This document shows positions 43,725 to 52,779 of a stretch of DNA of 64,000 bases, in pieces. The notes beneath the pieces are model-generated. The model saw nothing but the letters and a program-made list of their open reading frames with translations, made no database searches and had not been told where the DNA came from. The stretch lies in the IMG/VR virus record IMGVR_UViG_3300033076_001578, positions 4,173-68,172 of that record. One strand, given 5' to 3'. Each line of letters starts with the position of its first letter. The first letter of the stretch is position 1. A program made the translations under genes and the position numbers. This stretch comes from a virus (Duplodnaviria > Caudoviricetes).

Positions 43725-44099
43725 CTACTTCTTCTCGATCGTGGACGGGGGCGGGGCGAAGTCCTTGACGATCTCGGCCGCGCTCGCGACCGTCACCTGC
43801 TTGGGCGGCGTGGCGCCCGGGGAGAATTGCGAGATAGGATGCCCCGCGTCGTCCACCGTCCGGCCGGAGAGCGTCAGGTTGATGCCCGCCTGGACGGCGA
43901 CCGCGAGCGCGCGGCCGAAGACGACGAGCTTCTCGAAGATGCCCCAGAGGATGGGACCGACTACCATGATCGAACCGGCGACCTGCATGACGACGGAGTA
44001 TGCGTGCGTGTCGCCGTAGTTCAGCGCCATCATTCCCGCGCCGACGGCGATGCATACGCCGCGCGCCGCGACGAAGACGGCAAGGATTTTCGGGTTCAT
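43725..44099 (-). CDS. Putative holin
   Basis: Two to three TM segments; directly after the endolysin. Confidence 0.6.
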   Translation of the reverse strand: MNPKILAVFVAARGVCIAVGAGMMALNYGDTHAYSVVMQVAGSIMVVGPILWGIFEKLVVFGRALAVAVQAGINLTLSGRTVDDAGHPISQFSPGATPPKQVTVASAAEIVKDFAPPPSTIEKK

Positions 44100-44108
44100 G
44101 ACTTCTCC

Positions 44109-44636
44109 TTAGTAAGTCGTTGCGTTTTCGGGGCGGAGGCCCTTCGCGAGCTTCGCGGCGACCTTAGAGACGACCTCGCGCTTCTCGACGTCGCCGTCGC
44201 GGTCGAGGTCGAGCCCCCTGTTTTGGAGGTAGAGCTTCGGACGGTTCCCGCCCTGGGCGAACACGATCCAGTCGTCGGGTTTGCCGATCATGGCGGGCCA
44301 GAGGACGGCTCCGTAGACGTCGCCGAGACTCCGCAGGCGGCCGGACCAGGGGGCGAAGTACCGCTCGACGTAGGAAAGCTGGTGGACGGCATCCATCTTC
44401 GCGAGGAGCTCGGTCGTCGTCTTGAGGGAGAATGCCGTCTGCGGCATGAACTGGATCAACCCGACCGCGCCGGACCCGGCCGCGTTCTTGATCGACGGCG
44501 AGAACGTCTCGCCCGTCTCGAACGCCATAACGGTCATCAGCCAGGACGGGTCGGCGATCCGGACGCGGACGGCGACTCGGATCGCGGCCCGGGCGAAGGC
44601 GGGGGAGACGCGGGCACCCCATGCGAGGGTCGTCAT
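44109..44636 (-). CDS. Endolysin (lysozyme/transglycosylase fold)
   Basis: LMTVMAFETG.TFSP...N...GAVGLIQFMP, QL.YVERYF, D.DRDG motifs. Confidence 0.88.
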   Translation of the reverse strand: MTTLAWGARVSPAFARAAIRVAVRVRIADPSWLMTVMAFETGETFSPSIKNAAGSGAVGLIQFMPQTAFSLKTTTELLAKMDAVHQLSYVERYFAPWSGRLRSLGDVYGAVLWPAMIGKPDDWIVFAQGGNRPKLYLQNRGLDLDRDGDVEKREVVSKVAAKLAKGLRPENATTY

Positions 44637-45919
44637 AGGCTCGCGCTCACGGCGGTCAAGATCAGCTCGGCCAGCTTGGCCTTGCCTGCCGCATTGTGAT
44701 GAAGCCCGTCCGGCGGTCCGCCCGGGTAGTTTGCGTCGTAGATCGGGTTCAGATCGTCAAAGAACCCGGTCGAGGTCCGGACGACGCCCATCGCTTCGCG
44801 GAGGGGAACCCAGAGTGCGCCGTTCGACGCGCACCAGGCTTCCATGTTGTCGTTCAGCCCACGGTCGATCGCGACCTCGGAGTCGGACGCCGAGCTGTCC
44901 GGCATGATCTCGCAGACGACCATCGTGCATCCGGAGTTCAGTGCCGCTTTTGCTGCGGCCATGTGTCCCTGGATCGTCGACCAGGAGTTCGCGCGGTCGT
45001 TGACGCCGAGGAGGAAGACGCCGAAGCGCGGGGTGACGGCGGCGAGCGTAGGTGCCCTCGACGCGCCATAGGCCCAGCCCTGCCCGCCCATTCCCATATT
45101 CTGATACGTCAGGGTCGGGACCAGCTCGCGCATCTTGTAGCCGAGGTCGCCGGTCGGGTCGCCGGATATGCCGCCGTCGAACGCCGGGCGATAGAACGGC
45201 GTCCCGTGACAACCCAGGCTGTCCGTGATCATAACGAGGAAGGGCGGTGGTCCGAGCGGGCGAATGTCGACGGTGTAGTTCAGCGACTCGGTCGAGGCGG
45301 GGAGCGTGCTCAGATCGCCGCTGTCGTATCGCATGGATCCGTCGAGTATGGCTCTCACGCCGTTCCCGTTCAGTATCCACAGGCCCGCGGAATCGCCGGG
45401 CAGGCACGCGATCGGGGTCGCCAGGTTGTGCGTCAGCTTTACGGGAGGGCTGGCAACGGGCCACGTGTTGGTGAACACCGCGCCCTGGCCGGTTTGAACA
45501 AGGTCTGTCCCGCTCGGGCGGAACATTTTGAATTTCCAGTTGTTAGGGTCGAGGCCGAAGGCGTTGGGGACGTATTCGAACGCGGTGACGTAACCGTGCT
45601 GGCGCACGAGGTTTTTGGGCGTCGTATCGGCGAACGTACGACCGCTGCCACCGCCGCTGGCGGAAGACGTGGAATAGAATTCCAACGGGCCGCCCACCGG
45701 CACTTTGTCGTTGGCGTGCGCCGTGTCGAAGGAGCTGATGGCAGACGTCAGGGGCGTGTAGTCGGGCGTCTCGGGCGGCGGTTCCTCATCTTCGCATGCG
45801 GAATCCAGAAAAACAAAGTCGCCTGGCACGAGGGTTTTCAAGACGGTGGTACCGTCCTGATCGAGCAGCGTCTGGTTGCCACTGACGTTGTCGTTCTGGA
45901 TCTTGGTCCGCATGGTCAT
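44633..45919 (-). CDS. Tail-associated SGNH/GDSL esterase (putative O-acetylesterase)
   Basis: Blocks ITDSLG, NMGMGGQ, LGVND and DGLHHNAAG; beta-rich N-terminal domain; start ATG 45919 (ATGA overlap). Confidence 0.8.
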   Translation of the reverse strand: MTMRTKIQNDNVSGNQTLLDQDGTTVLKTLVPGDFVFLDSACEDEEPPPETPDYTPLTSAISSFDTAHANDKVPVGGPLEFYSTSSASGGGSGRTFADTTPKNLVRQHGYVTAFEYVPNAFGLDPNNWKFKMFRPSGTDLVQTGQGAVFTNTWPVASPPVKLTHNLATPIACLPGDSAGLWILNGNGVRAILDGSMRYDSGDLSTLPASTESLNYTVDIRPLGPPPFLVMITDSLGCHGTPFYRPAFDGGISGDPTGDLGYKMRELVPTLTYQNMGMGGQGWAYGASRAPTLAAVTPRFGVFLLGVNDRANSWSTIQGHMAAAKAALNSGCTMVVCEIMPDSSASDSEVAIDRGLNDNMEAWCASNGALWVPLREAMGVVRTSTGFFDDLNPIYDANYPGGPPDGLHHNAAGKAKLAELILTAVSASL

Positions 45920-46248
45920 TCGCCCCGCGAGGCTTTGGCGGCGTCTTCGGCGGCCTTGATGCGGGCGGCTTTCTTGGCCGAGAAGCTCGACTTGACGGCG
46001 GGCGTCCATACTTCATCAGCAATTTTGCCCGCGCGACCGGGAGGCTTGGTACCGCTGTCCGGCTCGTATGGAGCGCGGTGCGAAGTGCGGGACAGTTCTT
46101 TTCCGTCCTCGCTGATGATCGTGATGGTTTCGACGAAGATGCTTCCATCGGCTTCGACCTCGACGCGCTGTTCTTGCGTCTTGGTGATGGCGGCGACGGC
46201 GGGCGTGGCGAGCGCCAGCGCCAAGGCGATGAAGATGATGCGTTTCAT
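45916..46248 (-). CDS. Fibre-adjacent small protein with an N-terminal Sec signal peptide
   Basis: MKRIIFIALALALATPAVA, then AITK...IISEDGKELSRTSHR...VWTPAVK, a pattern typical of small proteins next to phage fibres. Confidence 0.8.
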   Translation of the reverse strand: MKRIIFIALALALATPAVAAITKTQEQRVEVEADGSIFVETITIISEDGKELSRTSHRAPYEPDSGTKPPGRAGKIADEVWTPAVKSSFSAKKAARIKAAEDAAKASRGE

Positions 46249-46261
46249 GTTTGGTTTCCTT

Positions 46262-47782
46262 TTACGGTGTCATGTAGGTGCAGGAGCCTTCAATGATGGC
46301 GTTGCCTGTCATCATCGCGGGAGTAACAAAAGCATAACCTGTTCCAGCGGCGCTGTTGGCGGACAGGCCGATGGTTGATGTCCCAGACACGGGGAACATG
46401 CCCAGCTGATAATAAGTACCGCCCAAGGTCCAGCCCTGCATGGTGCCCATCGAGCAGGCGCCAAGAGCGGATGACGTCGCTACCGGGTATGGAAGCGCAC
46501 CGATGTAAACCTGCGTCGCCATCGTTCCAGGACTGCCGCGCACCGACCATTGGATATAGACCAGATTGCCGGTCTTGATGTAACTGCCGTATTGAAAAAG
46601 GTATGACGTCCCGCTGCCTGTTGTGCCGACATAGGTCGGCGTCCATGAGCCGCTCGTCTGCGCGGGGACCGCACCACCGTCCTGAATGTTTCCGCTGGCG
46701 TCCCAGGTGGCGACGTTGCCGCTGGTCTTCGCACCAGCCGCGACGGAGGCGAACTCGGTGGTGTTGCCGCTGCGGGTGCCGACGGTGGGAGCCGCGCCCG
46801 CGCCGCCGCCGATCACCGGCAGGTTCGCGGTCAGGGCACCGGACGAGGCAATCGTTCCGCTGGCGGTAAATGCCAAGACGCCGCCGCTGGTGCCGGAAGT
46901 GATGCCAGTGCCGCCTTGCGCGACCGTCACCGCAGCGTTGTCGGTCAAGATCGCGGCGCTCGCGTTCGGGAGCGTGAAAGTCTTGGTGCTGGTCGTCGGG
47001 CCGGTAAAGGCCGTGAAGCCGTTCGCGGTCCCACCGTTCGCGGCAGGAAGGATTCCCGCGACGTCTGCCGTCAGACTGACCGAGGCGCAGGTCGCCACGC
47101 CCGAGGCGTTCAGGCTTCGAGGGAACTGGTTGGTGCAGAACGTCCCCGTGTAAGCCGACATTGCCGACGATCCGTTCCCGAGCACGAGCCCGGTGATCGT
47201 CGTCGCGCCCGTACCACCGTTCGCGACCGGAAGCGTCCCGGAGACGTCGGCGGTCAGGCTGACCGCGCCCCAGGTCGGGGCGCCGGACGCGTTGCCGTGC
47301 AGCACCGTCGACGAAGTCCCGAGCGACCCAAGCGTGACGGGAGCCGTTCCCGCGCCGCCGCCGAGGACGAGCTGGTTTCCGGCGAGCATCGCGGAGCTCG
47401 CGATGGTCGACGTCGAATTGAAATACAGGACGCCGCCGGATGATCCGGACGTCAATCCGGTACCCCCCTGCGTCGCGGCGGCCGTTCCGGAGATTAGCGA
47501 GAAGCTGTAGTCGCCGGACTGCGCCGTCACGGCTCCGGTTCGACCAAAGACGGACTGCGGAACCGCGTTCCCGTTGATGTACAGGTTCGACGCGTTGACC
47601 GTCCCGACGCCCTTCGATCCGCCGGTTACGCTCGACGGGGCAAGGATGCCGCCGAGGCTATACGATATACTGTCCCCGGACTTGACCCAGGGGTTCGGCT
47701 GCGGACCGGGGCCGGGCTGCGCGGAGGCGAACGTGATCGCCGCGATTGCTGTGAGGATCAGGGGGGCGAATATCTTTTTCAT
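46262..47782 (-). CDS. Tail fibre/receptor-binding-like protein with an N-terminal Sec signal peptide
   Basis: MKKIFAPLILTAIAAITFASA; repeated LPVANGGTG/GGTG motifs; C-terminal SGSWTPT...GSYIKTGNLV...LPYP...GSCTY fibre tip domain. Confidence 0.85.
   Translation of the reverse strand: MKKIFAPLILTAIAAITFASAQPGPGPQPNPWVKSGDSISYSLGGILAPSSVTGGSKGVGTVNASNLYINGNAVPQSVFGRTGAVTAQSGDYSFSLISGTAAATQGGTGLTSGSSGGVLYFNSTSTIASSAMLAGNQLVLGGGAGTAPVTLGSLGTSSTVLHGNASGAPTWGAVSLTADVSGTLPVANGGTGATTITGLVLGNGSSAMSAYTGTFCTNQFPRSLNASGVATCASVSLTADVAGILPAANGGTANGFTAFTGPTTSTKTFTLPNASAAILTDNAAVTVAQGGTGITSGTSGGVLAFTASGTIASSGALTANLPVIGGGAGAAPTVGTRSGNTTEFASVAAGAKTSGNVATWDASGNIQDGGAVPAQTSGSWTPTYVGTTGSGTSYLFQYGSYIKTGNLVYIQWSVRGSPGTMATQVYIGALPYPVATSSALGACSMGTMQGWTLGGTYYQLGMFPVSGTSTIGLSANSAAGTGYAFVTPAMMTGNAIIEGSCTYMTP
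46770..47480 (-). repeat. Internal protein repeats in the fibre gene
   Basis: GGTG[LI]TSG[ST]SGGVL.F....TIASS..L..N..V.GGGAG.AP occurs twice; VSLTADV[SA]G.LP.ANGGT occurs twice. Confidence 0.8.
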
Positions 47783-47783
47783 G

Positions 47784-48071
47784 TTACCAGCTCACTACGG
47801 AGAATACGTGGTTGCTGTCGAGCGCGTTGACGGTCGTCGGGGTCGTCTGGCCCGGGATGATGTTCCAGGACTGGCCCGGCGCGATGCCGAAGGTCGTCCC
47901 CTCGGCAGACGTTCCCGCGACGCCAACTGGATCGACGAAGAGGTAGCCGGACGCGCCCGGCGGGTTCGTTATGAAGCCGCCGTTCGGGTTCGCGCCGACG
48001 GCGGTGACGGCGGTCCCGGCCGTCACTACTTCGGACGCGTTCCCGGGGATCGGCGTGACGGGATCTGCCAT
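47784..48071 (-). CDS. Stand-alone paralog of the N-terminal domain of the 49265-50338 baseplate protein
   Basis: Shared GG.I.NP, LFV, GTTF.IAPGQS..I.PG.TT...VNA..S.H.FS. Confidence 0.8.
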   Translation of the reverse strand: MADPVTPIPGNASEVVTAGTAVTAVGANPNGGFITNPPGASGYLFVDPVGVAGTSAEGTTFGIAPGQSWNIIPGQTTPTTVNALDSNHVFSVVSW

Positions 48072-48072
48072 G

Positions 48073-48399
48073 TTACACCAGCACCGTCGCGGGCGCGACC
48101 TGGGACGCGATCTCAGCGGCGAGTCGCGCCTTGACGGCGTCGACGTCGAGGCGGTCAGTTACCCACTGCTCCAGGTCTTCGGCCGGGATGGCGTCGATGT
48201 CGCGGAACTCTTCCGGGTTCGGAAGGTCCAGCTTTACCTCGCCGCTGTCGAACGCGTGGCTCGATCCGTCGGTCGCGTCGATTCGCCAGAGGAGGCCGAC
48301 GAGGACGTTGGTCAGGGGAACGCCTTCGACGGTCATGGAAGGTGCGACGCGCTTCATACCGGCGGCAGACGGTCCGGTGAACTGAAAATTGATCGTCAT
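48073..48399 (-). CDS. Tail fibre assembly/associated protein
   Basis: V....W...ATDG......G...L..P..E.F.....I..E....WV pattern; directly after a fibre gene. Confidence 0.7.
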   Translation of the reverse strand: MTINFQFTGPSAAGMKRVAPSMTVEGVPLTNVLVGLLWRIDATDGSSHAFDSGEVKLDLPNPEEFRDIDAIPAEDLEQWVTDRLDVDAVKARLAAEIASQVAPATVLV

Positions 48400-48414
48400 A
48401 ACTTGTCCCTTTCG

Positions 48415-49236
48415 TTAAGCGTCGGTGGTGATGGTGGTATAGGCGCACGCCAGGCTGATCGGTCCGCCGCTCGTCTGGCGGACCTGGAGCTTGTTGCCGC
48501 TTATCTGGAACTCGATGGTGGTCGTGCCGGAGGCGGCAGGCGTACCCATGATGGCTATGACCGCGCTCGCGTTGTCCTTCGCCGCCGTGCAGACCGCGCG
48601 ACCGCCGCCACCACCTTGGCACCCGACGATGACGTCGTAGCGGTAGGTCCCGGTCCCGGGGGTGATCAGGTCGTACCAGGTCCCGCTGACGGCGTTCGTC
48701 AGGAAAAGGCGTTCGGACCTGTGTCCCAGGGGGATCGTCAGAATGCCGCTGATCAGGGTGGCGAGGTTGAGCGTTATCAGCGATGCGGTGGACCGCAGGA
48801 ACTCGACGCCGCCAGCGACGAGGCCGAGGATGTTCGTTCCGGGACGGTACAGGCCGGTGTCGAGGTCGTTGATGAACGCCGCGCCGGGAGCGCCGACGGT
48901 GCCGTCTTCGAAGAGTCCCGCGTCGCCTTGGAAGAACTCGCCGAGGGCGCCTGCCGTGATCAGTCCGTTGGCGCCGTCTCCCGCCGACCAGTTCTGCGCG
49001 GAGGTTCCTTCCTGCGCGCGGACAATGGTCAGGACGTCGCCGGACCGCCCCGTTACCTTCACGATCTCGTTCGTCAGGCCAGTCGCCGCGTCGGAGAAGG
49101 TGAGCATGAAGTAGTCGCTGCCCGTCGGGTTCGGGAAGCGCGCACCCGTTCCGGTCGCGAGCGTCGCGCTCGTCGCGACGTCGCTGATCGATGCCGCGAG
49201 GGTACTCAATGAATTATTGGCGAACAAGACGCTCAT
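48415..49236 (-). CDS. Short tail fibre protein (baseplate-attached)
   Basis: LFANN...LAASI, G..FP, EIVKVT.RSGD.LTIVRAQEGT.A..W.AGD anchor, and PG..F..D.DTG.YRPG.N.LG motif; start ATG 49236. Confidence 0.8.
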   Translation of the reverse strand: MSVLFANNSLSTLAASISDVATSATLATGTGARFPNPTGSDYFMLTFSDAATGLTNEIVKVTGRSGDVLTIVRAQEGTSAQNWSAGDGANGLITAGALGEFFQGDAGLFEDGTVGAPGAAFINDLDTGLYRPGTNILGLVAGGVEFLRSTASLITLNLATLISGILTIPLGHRSERLFLTNAVSGTWYDLITPGTGTYRYDVIVGCQGGGGGRAVCTAAKDNASAVIAIMGTPAASGTTTIEFQISGNKLQVRQTSGGPISLACAYTTITTDA

Positions 49237-49264
49237 GTAGTCTCCTTTGCGTCGGTACTCGGCG

Positions 49265-50338
49265 TCAGCCGATCTCGACCGTGTAGTTAAACTGGAAGGG
49301 AAGCTCGAGGACACCGGCGTCGATGCCGGACTTCAAGATGACCGCGAAGGGAACGTATTGGCCCGGGGTATAGACCGTCCTGACGACGTTCGGCGCCGCG
49401 CCGTTGGGGTACGCCATGTTTGGGACGGCGCCCCCGGTTACTGTAACGAATCCCGGCGCGATCCGAATGGTGACGTCGTTGTCGCCGCTGAATCCGACGC
49501 TGACGATGCTCGTGTCCGCCGTCTGTCCAGGTCCGCCGTTCTCCCCGGTCAGGAAGCGCATGATCCTGCGCTTGAGCCACTTGACGGTAAACACCTTCCC
49601 GTCGCCCTTCCAGAGGTGCCAGGTCAGGCATCGCTTATAGACGTCGTCGGTCGTCACGTAGACGTTCTGATTCCCGATGACTAGAAGCTGGTTCGGGGTC
49701 AGGACGTTCGGCGCGAACGTGTTCAGCGGACCGATGTTTCGGTTCGACCCGCTCGGGAGGGACGGCCGCGGATATCCGTAGAGGCCCGCACCGATCCAGT
49801 CGAGGAGGTCGCCAAAGATCTGCGCGTTCTGCGCGTAGACCGGGAGGCTTATCTCCGCAAACCACGTCGCGTATTCCTGCGCCAATGCGTTGTAAGAATC
49901 GACGAACGCCTGGAGGTCTTCGTCGTCGTTGTACTCCTGGTAGAGGTACGACGGGATGATCTTTGTGAGGGTCGTCGGTCCAGACGGCGGGAACAGTCCG
50001 GTCGGCGCGGCGTACGGCACGGCGATGGAGCTGCCATATGCGCTGAACCTGTGACCAGACGTCGCCGCGTTGACGGACACGTTCGTCGTCGTACCTGGCG
50101 GGATCGTGAACGACTGACCAGGCGCGATGGCGAAGGTAGTGCCGTCCGGAGTAAGCGACGCGCTTCCGGCGATGCTGACGAACAGGTCTTCGGCGACGGC
50201 GATTCCCTGCGACGCGGCTTCGACGGGATTTTCGATGCGTCCGCCCGCCTCGAGCGGGCCATACATCGAGATCACGGGCGTTCCGCCGACCTTAACGACG
50301 GTCCTGGTGGCGGGATAGAGCCTGACGGGCGCTGTCAT
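49265..50338 (-). CDS. Baseplate wedge protein (DUF2612/gpI-like) with an extra N-terminal domain
   Basis: IIPSYLYQEY.DD.DLQAF, LDWIG..LYG..RP, TDDVYKR.LTW motifs; follows baseplate J. Confidence 0.8.
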   Translation of the reverse strand: MTAPVRLYPATRTVVKVGGTPVISMYGPLEAGGRIENPVEAASQGIAVAEDLFVSIAGSASLTPDGTTFAIAPGQSFTIPPGTTTNVSVNAATSGHRFSAYGSSIAVPYAAPTGLFPPSGPTTLTKIIPSYLYQEYNDDEDLQAFVDSYNALAQEYATWFAEISLPVYAQNAQIFGDLLDWIGAGLYGYPRPSLPSGSNRNIGPLNTFAPNVLTPNQLLVIGNQNVYVTTDDVYKRCLTWHLWKGDGKVFTVKWLKRRIMRFLTGENGGPGQTADTSIVSVGFSGDNDVTIRIAPGFVTVTGGAVPNMAYPNGAAPNVVRTVYTPGQYVPFAVILKSGIDAGVLELPFQFNYTVEIG

Positions 50339-50339
50339 A

Positions 50340-51755
50340 CTATCCTCGCGCGATGGTGATCGCGGCCGCGGTCGTCAGGAAGTAGCTCTCGGGATCGCCC
50401 TCGATGATGCCTGTACCTGCGTCCGGGGGAACGGCCACGCCATCGATGTTCACGGTGAACACCATCCGCGTCAACAGCGGCGGCGCCAGGACGCTCCTGA
50501 TCGCTTCGCTGAAGGTGCTCTGCAACTCGAAGAGGTTCATCGGCTGCCCGGCGAAGATCGAGTTGACGTACGCGGCGAGCGCGGGCGCCCCCAGCTGGGC
50601 GACGGCCGCGTCCGAGACGAAGTTCGGCGAGCTCGTGTTCCACAGCAGGTTGATGGTCACTTCCTGCTCCGGCGGATCGACGTACGGGATCAGGTAGGTG
50701 TCGGGCGGATCGCTGATGCTGACGACGATGTTTCGGTCGTTCGGCGTGACGACGCCGTCGCCCGTATAGTCAGGGGCGCCGGTCGAGTTGTAAGGGATCG
50801 AGAAGGACGTCGGGGAAATGACGGTGACCGTCCAGGTCCCGTTGATCCCGGTCATGCCTGTTGCCCCGGCGATGACGACGTCGTCCTGACCGTCGACGAA
50901 GCCGTGGTTCAGGTCGGTCGTCACGACGGCGGGGTTCGCCTTCGTAACGCCCGTCACGTTGATCGTCGAGCCGACGAGGTCGCTCAAGTCGAAGAGGGAG
51001 CGGAAGATCGCGTCGGCGACCGAATAAGGATCCCCGCCGCCGCATATGACTTCCCACCCGCCGGTCACCTGGCGCACGGAGATGAGTCGGCGCTGGACGC
51101 CTTCGATGTTTCCCAGGAGAGTCTTCAGGTAGCGGGTCGCCCCCTGGCTCACGGCCAGCTGCGCGTCGAGGACGCGGGCGCGGTAATCCTCCTCGGTCTC
51201 GCCGCCCGGGCGGCCGGGCGTGCCGGGCGACGGGTTCGTCACCGTCAGCGCGATCGGCGAAGGGACGGAGGTGATGATCTGGTTGACCGTTCCCGCCGGG
51301 ACCGACCACGTCCCCTGGACGGTAGCGACCGCGAACAGGGGGGCGGATTCGCCGCCGTCACCGATGATTCCTCCGTCCCGGATGACGTACTGGTACGTCC
51401 CGTCTGACACCGTGAATCCCGGGCTGATGACGTAGCCCGCGGGACCCTCGAAGACTTCGAACACGGACGTGTTCGTCGCGCCGCCAATTTCGACGCCGAA
51501 CTGCTGCCCCAGCTCGGAGAGCAGGAACGGGTTCGCGCCGTACGGCGTCAGCGAGTTGACGAGCTCGACCTGGGCCGAGTCGCAGACGACCAGAGCGCCG
51601 ACGTCCGTGCTCGAGATGTCCTCGATCAGCGACCCGGGAAGGTTCGCCGTGTAGCCGGGCCGGTCTGCCGCGACGCCCGCGAGGAGCCGCGTCCGCAGGG
51701 ACGCCGGTGATTGCGGGAGCAGTCCGGTGGGGGAGAATACGATGGGGAGGCTCAC
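50340..51755 (-). CDS. Baseplate J-like protein with an inserted beta-barrel module
   Basis: GSLIEDI, G.AGYVI..G..VSDG, GGETEEDYRARV motifs. Confidence 0.88.
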   Translation of the reverse strand: MSLPIVFSPTGLLPQSPASLRTRLLAGVAADRPGYTANLPGSLIEDISSTDVGALVVCDSAQVELVNSLTPYGANPFLLSELGQQFGVEIGGATNTSVFEVFEGPAGYVISPGFTVSDGTYQYVIRDGGIIGDGGESAPLFAVATVQGTWSVPAGTVNQIITSVPSPIALTVTNPSPGTPGRPGGETEEDYRARVLDAQLAVSQGATRYLKTLLGNIEGVQRRLISVRQVTGGWEVICGGGDPYSVADAIFRSLFDLSDLVGSTINVTGVTKANPAVVTTDLNHGFVDGQDDVVIAGATGMTGINGTWTVTVISPTSFSIPYNSTGAPDYTGDGVVTPNDRNIVVSISDPPDTYLIPYVDPPEQEVTINLLWNTSSPNFVSDAAVAQLGAPALAAYVNSIFAGQPMNLFELQSTFSEAIRSVLAPPLLTRMVFTVNIDGVAVPPDAGTGIIEGDPESYFLTTAAAITIARG

Positions 51756-52111
51756 GTCGCGACCTCGTGTTCGAGCGGGACGCCGTTATTGAGCGTCACG
51801 TTGATCTTGTAATTGGGCGTATCGCCCGGGAGCTTGGATACTATCAGGGCACCGAACTTCGGCGCGAACTGCTGCTGCGTCCGCGTGACGTAGAAGTCCG
51901 GGAAGACCTGCTGGACGACCGACGGCTTCGCGGGGATGCCGAAGTTCGCGTAGAACGGCGACTCCCCGAGGTTCAGCTTGAGGACCTGGACCAGCGTCGT
52001 CAACCAGACGTAATCGTCGCCCGCTTCCGGGGTCGTGTCGACCTGGATCCAACGCTTCGGACCGTCAGACGGACCGTTCGGGTCGACGAGCACGCGCCCG
52101 TAAGTCCTCAC
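51752..52111 (-). CDS. Baseplate wedge subunit (gpW/gp25 position)
   Basis: MRTYGR, L...LKLNLGESPFYA..GIPA; located between spike and J. Confidence 0.7.
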   Translation of the reverse strand: MRTYGRVLVDPNGPSDGPKRWIQVDTTPEAGDDYVWLTTLVQVLKLNLGESPFYANFGIPAKPSVVQQVFPDFYVTRTQQQFAPKFGALIVSKLPGDTPNYKINVTLNNGVPLEHEVAT

Positions 52112-52779
52112 GGGACGACTCCGCCGGTGTTCGAGCCGCCTGCCTGGACGCCGGAATGTTCGTGATCGAGGTACTTCGCGCCGTTGATGTACAATTCGCC
52201 CTCTATGTGGACTTCGTCGTTCTCGAGGCGGATAGACGCGCCGCCGAGAATGACTTCAATCTTGTCGTCCTTGAACGAGGCGCTTGCGGCGCCGCGCTCG
52301 ACCTTGATCTCTTCCGCCGTCAGCGTGACCGTGGACTCGCTTTCGAGGTCTCGGACGATCACGCCGTTCGGTCCCTGGACGACCCGCATGAGGGGATCGT
52401 CCGGCGGAGGCCACGTCTTGTTCCCGATCGGCTCGAATACGAGCGTCGAAAGGTTTGCCGCCAGACTCAACTTGGGGGCGGCGCCGCCGAGGCCTGAGAT
52501 GCCGCCCAGGCGGGCGTCAGCGGCGCGGACGACGCCGGGGTCGCCTTCGCGGAGCGGGATGTAGTCGTAGAGCGAGGTCGCGACGGGGACGGTCACGTTC
52601 GGCAGCGTGAAGGGCGCCGCGTCGACCTCGAACTTGACCGTCACGATCCAACCGTCGACCTCGACGATCGAGCACGGGAGGCTTTTGCCGAGGAGCTGGA
52701 TCCCGTCGCGGACCTTCTTCTCGGCCGCCTGGTTGAACGTCCGGCCGAAGGCCGTCTTTTGAGCGTTGCCCGAAACCAT
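52108..52779 (-). CDS. Baseplate central spike (gpV/Gp138-like)
   Basis: LPC.IV.V..V.V.F OB-fold N-terminus; C-terminal HEHSGVQ.G...TG HxH metal-binding tip. Confidence 0.88.
   Translation of the reverse strand: MVSGNAQKTAFGRTFNQAAEKKVRDGIQLLGKSLPCSIVEVDGWIVTVKFEVDAAPFTLPNVTVPVATSLYDYIPLREGDPGVVRAADARLGGISGLGGAAPKLSLAANLSTLVFEPIGNKTWPPPDDPLMRVVQGPNGVIVRDLESESTVTLTAEEIKVERGAASASFKDDKIEVILGGASIRLENDEVHIEGELYINGAKYLDHEHSGVQAGGSNTGGVVP

Noticed and set aside
44633-49236. Diversity-generating retroelement acting on the fibres
   Set aside because: No reverse transcriptase was found, and no template/variable repeat pair differing at adenines was seen. The fibre repeats are diverged protein repeats.
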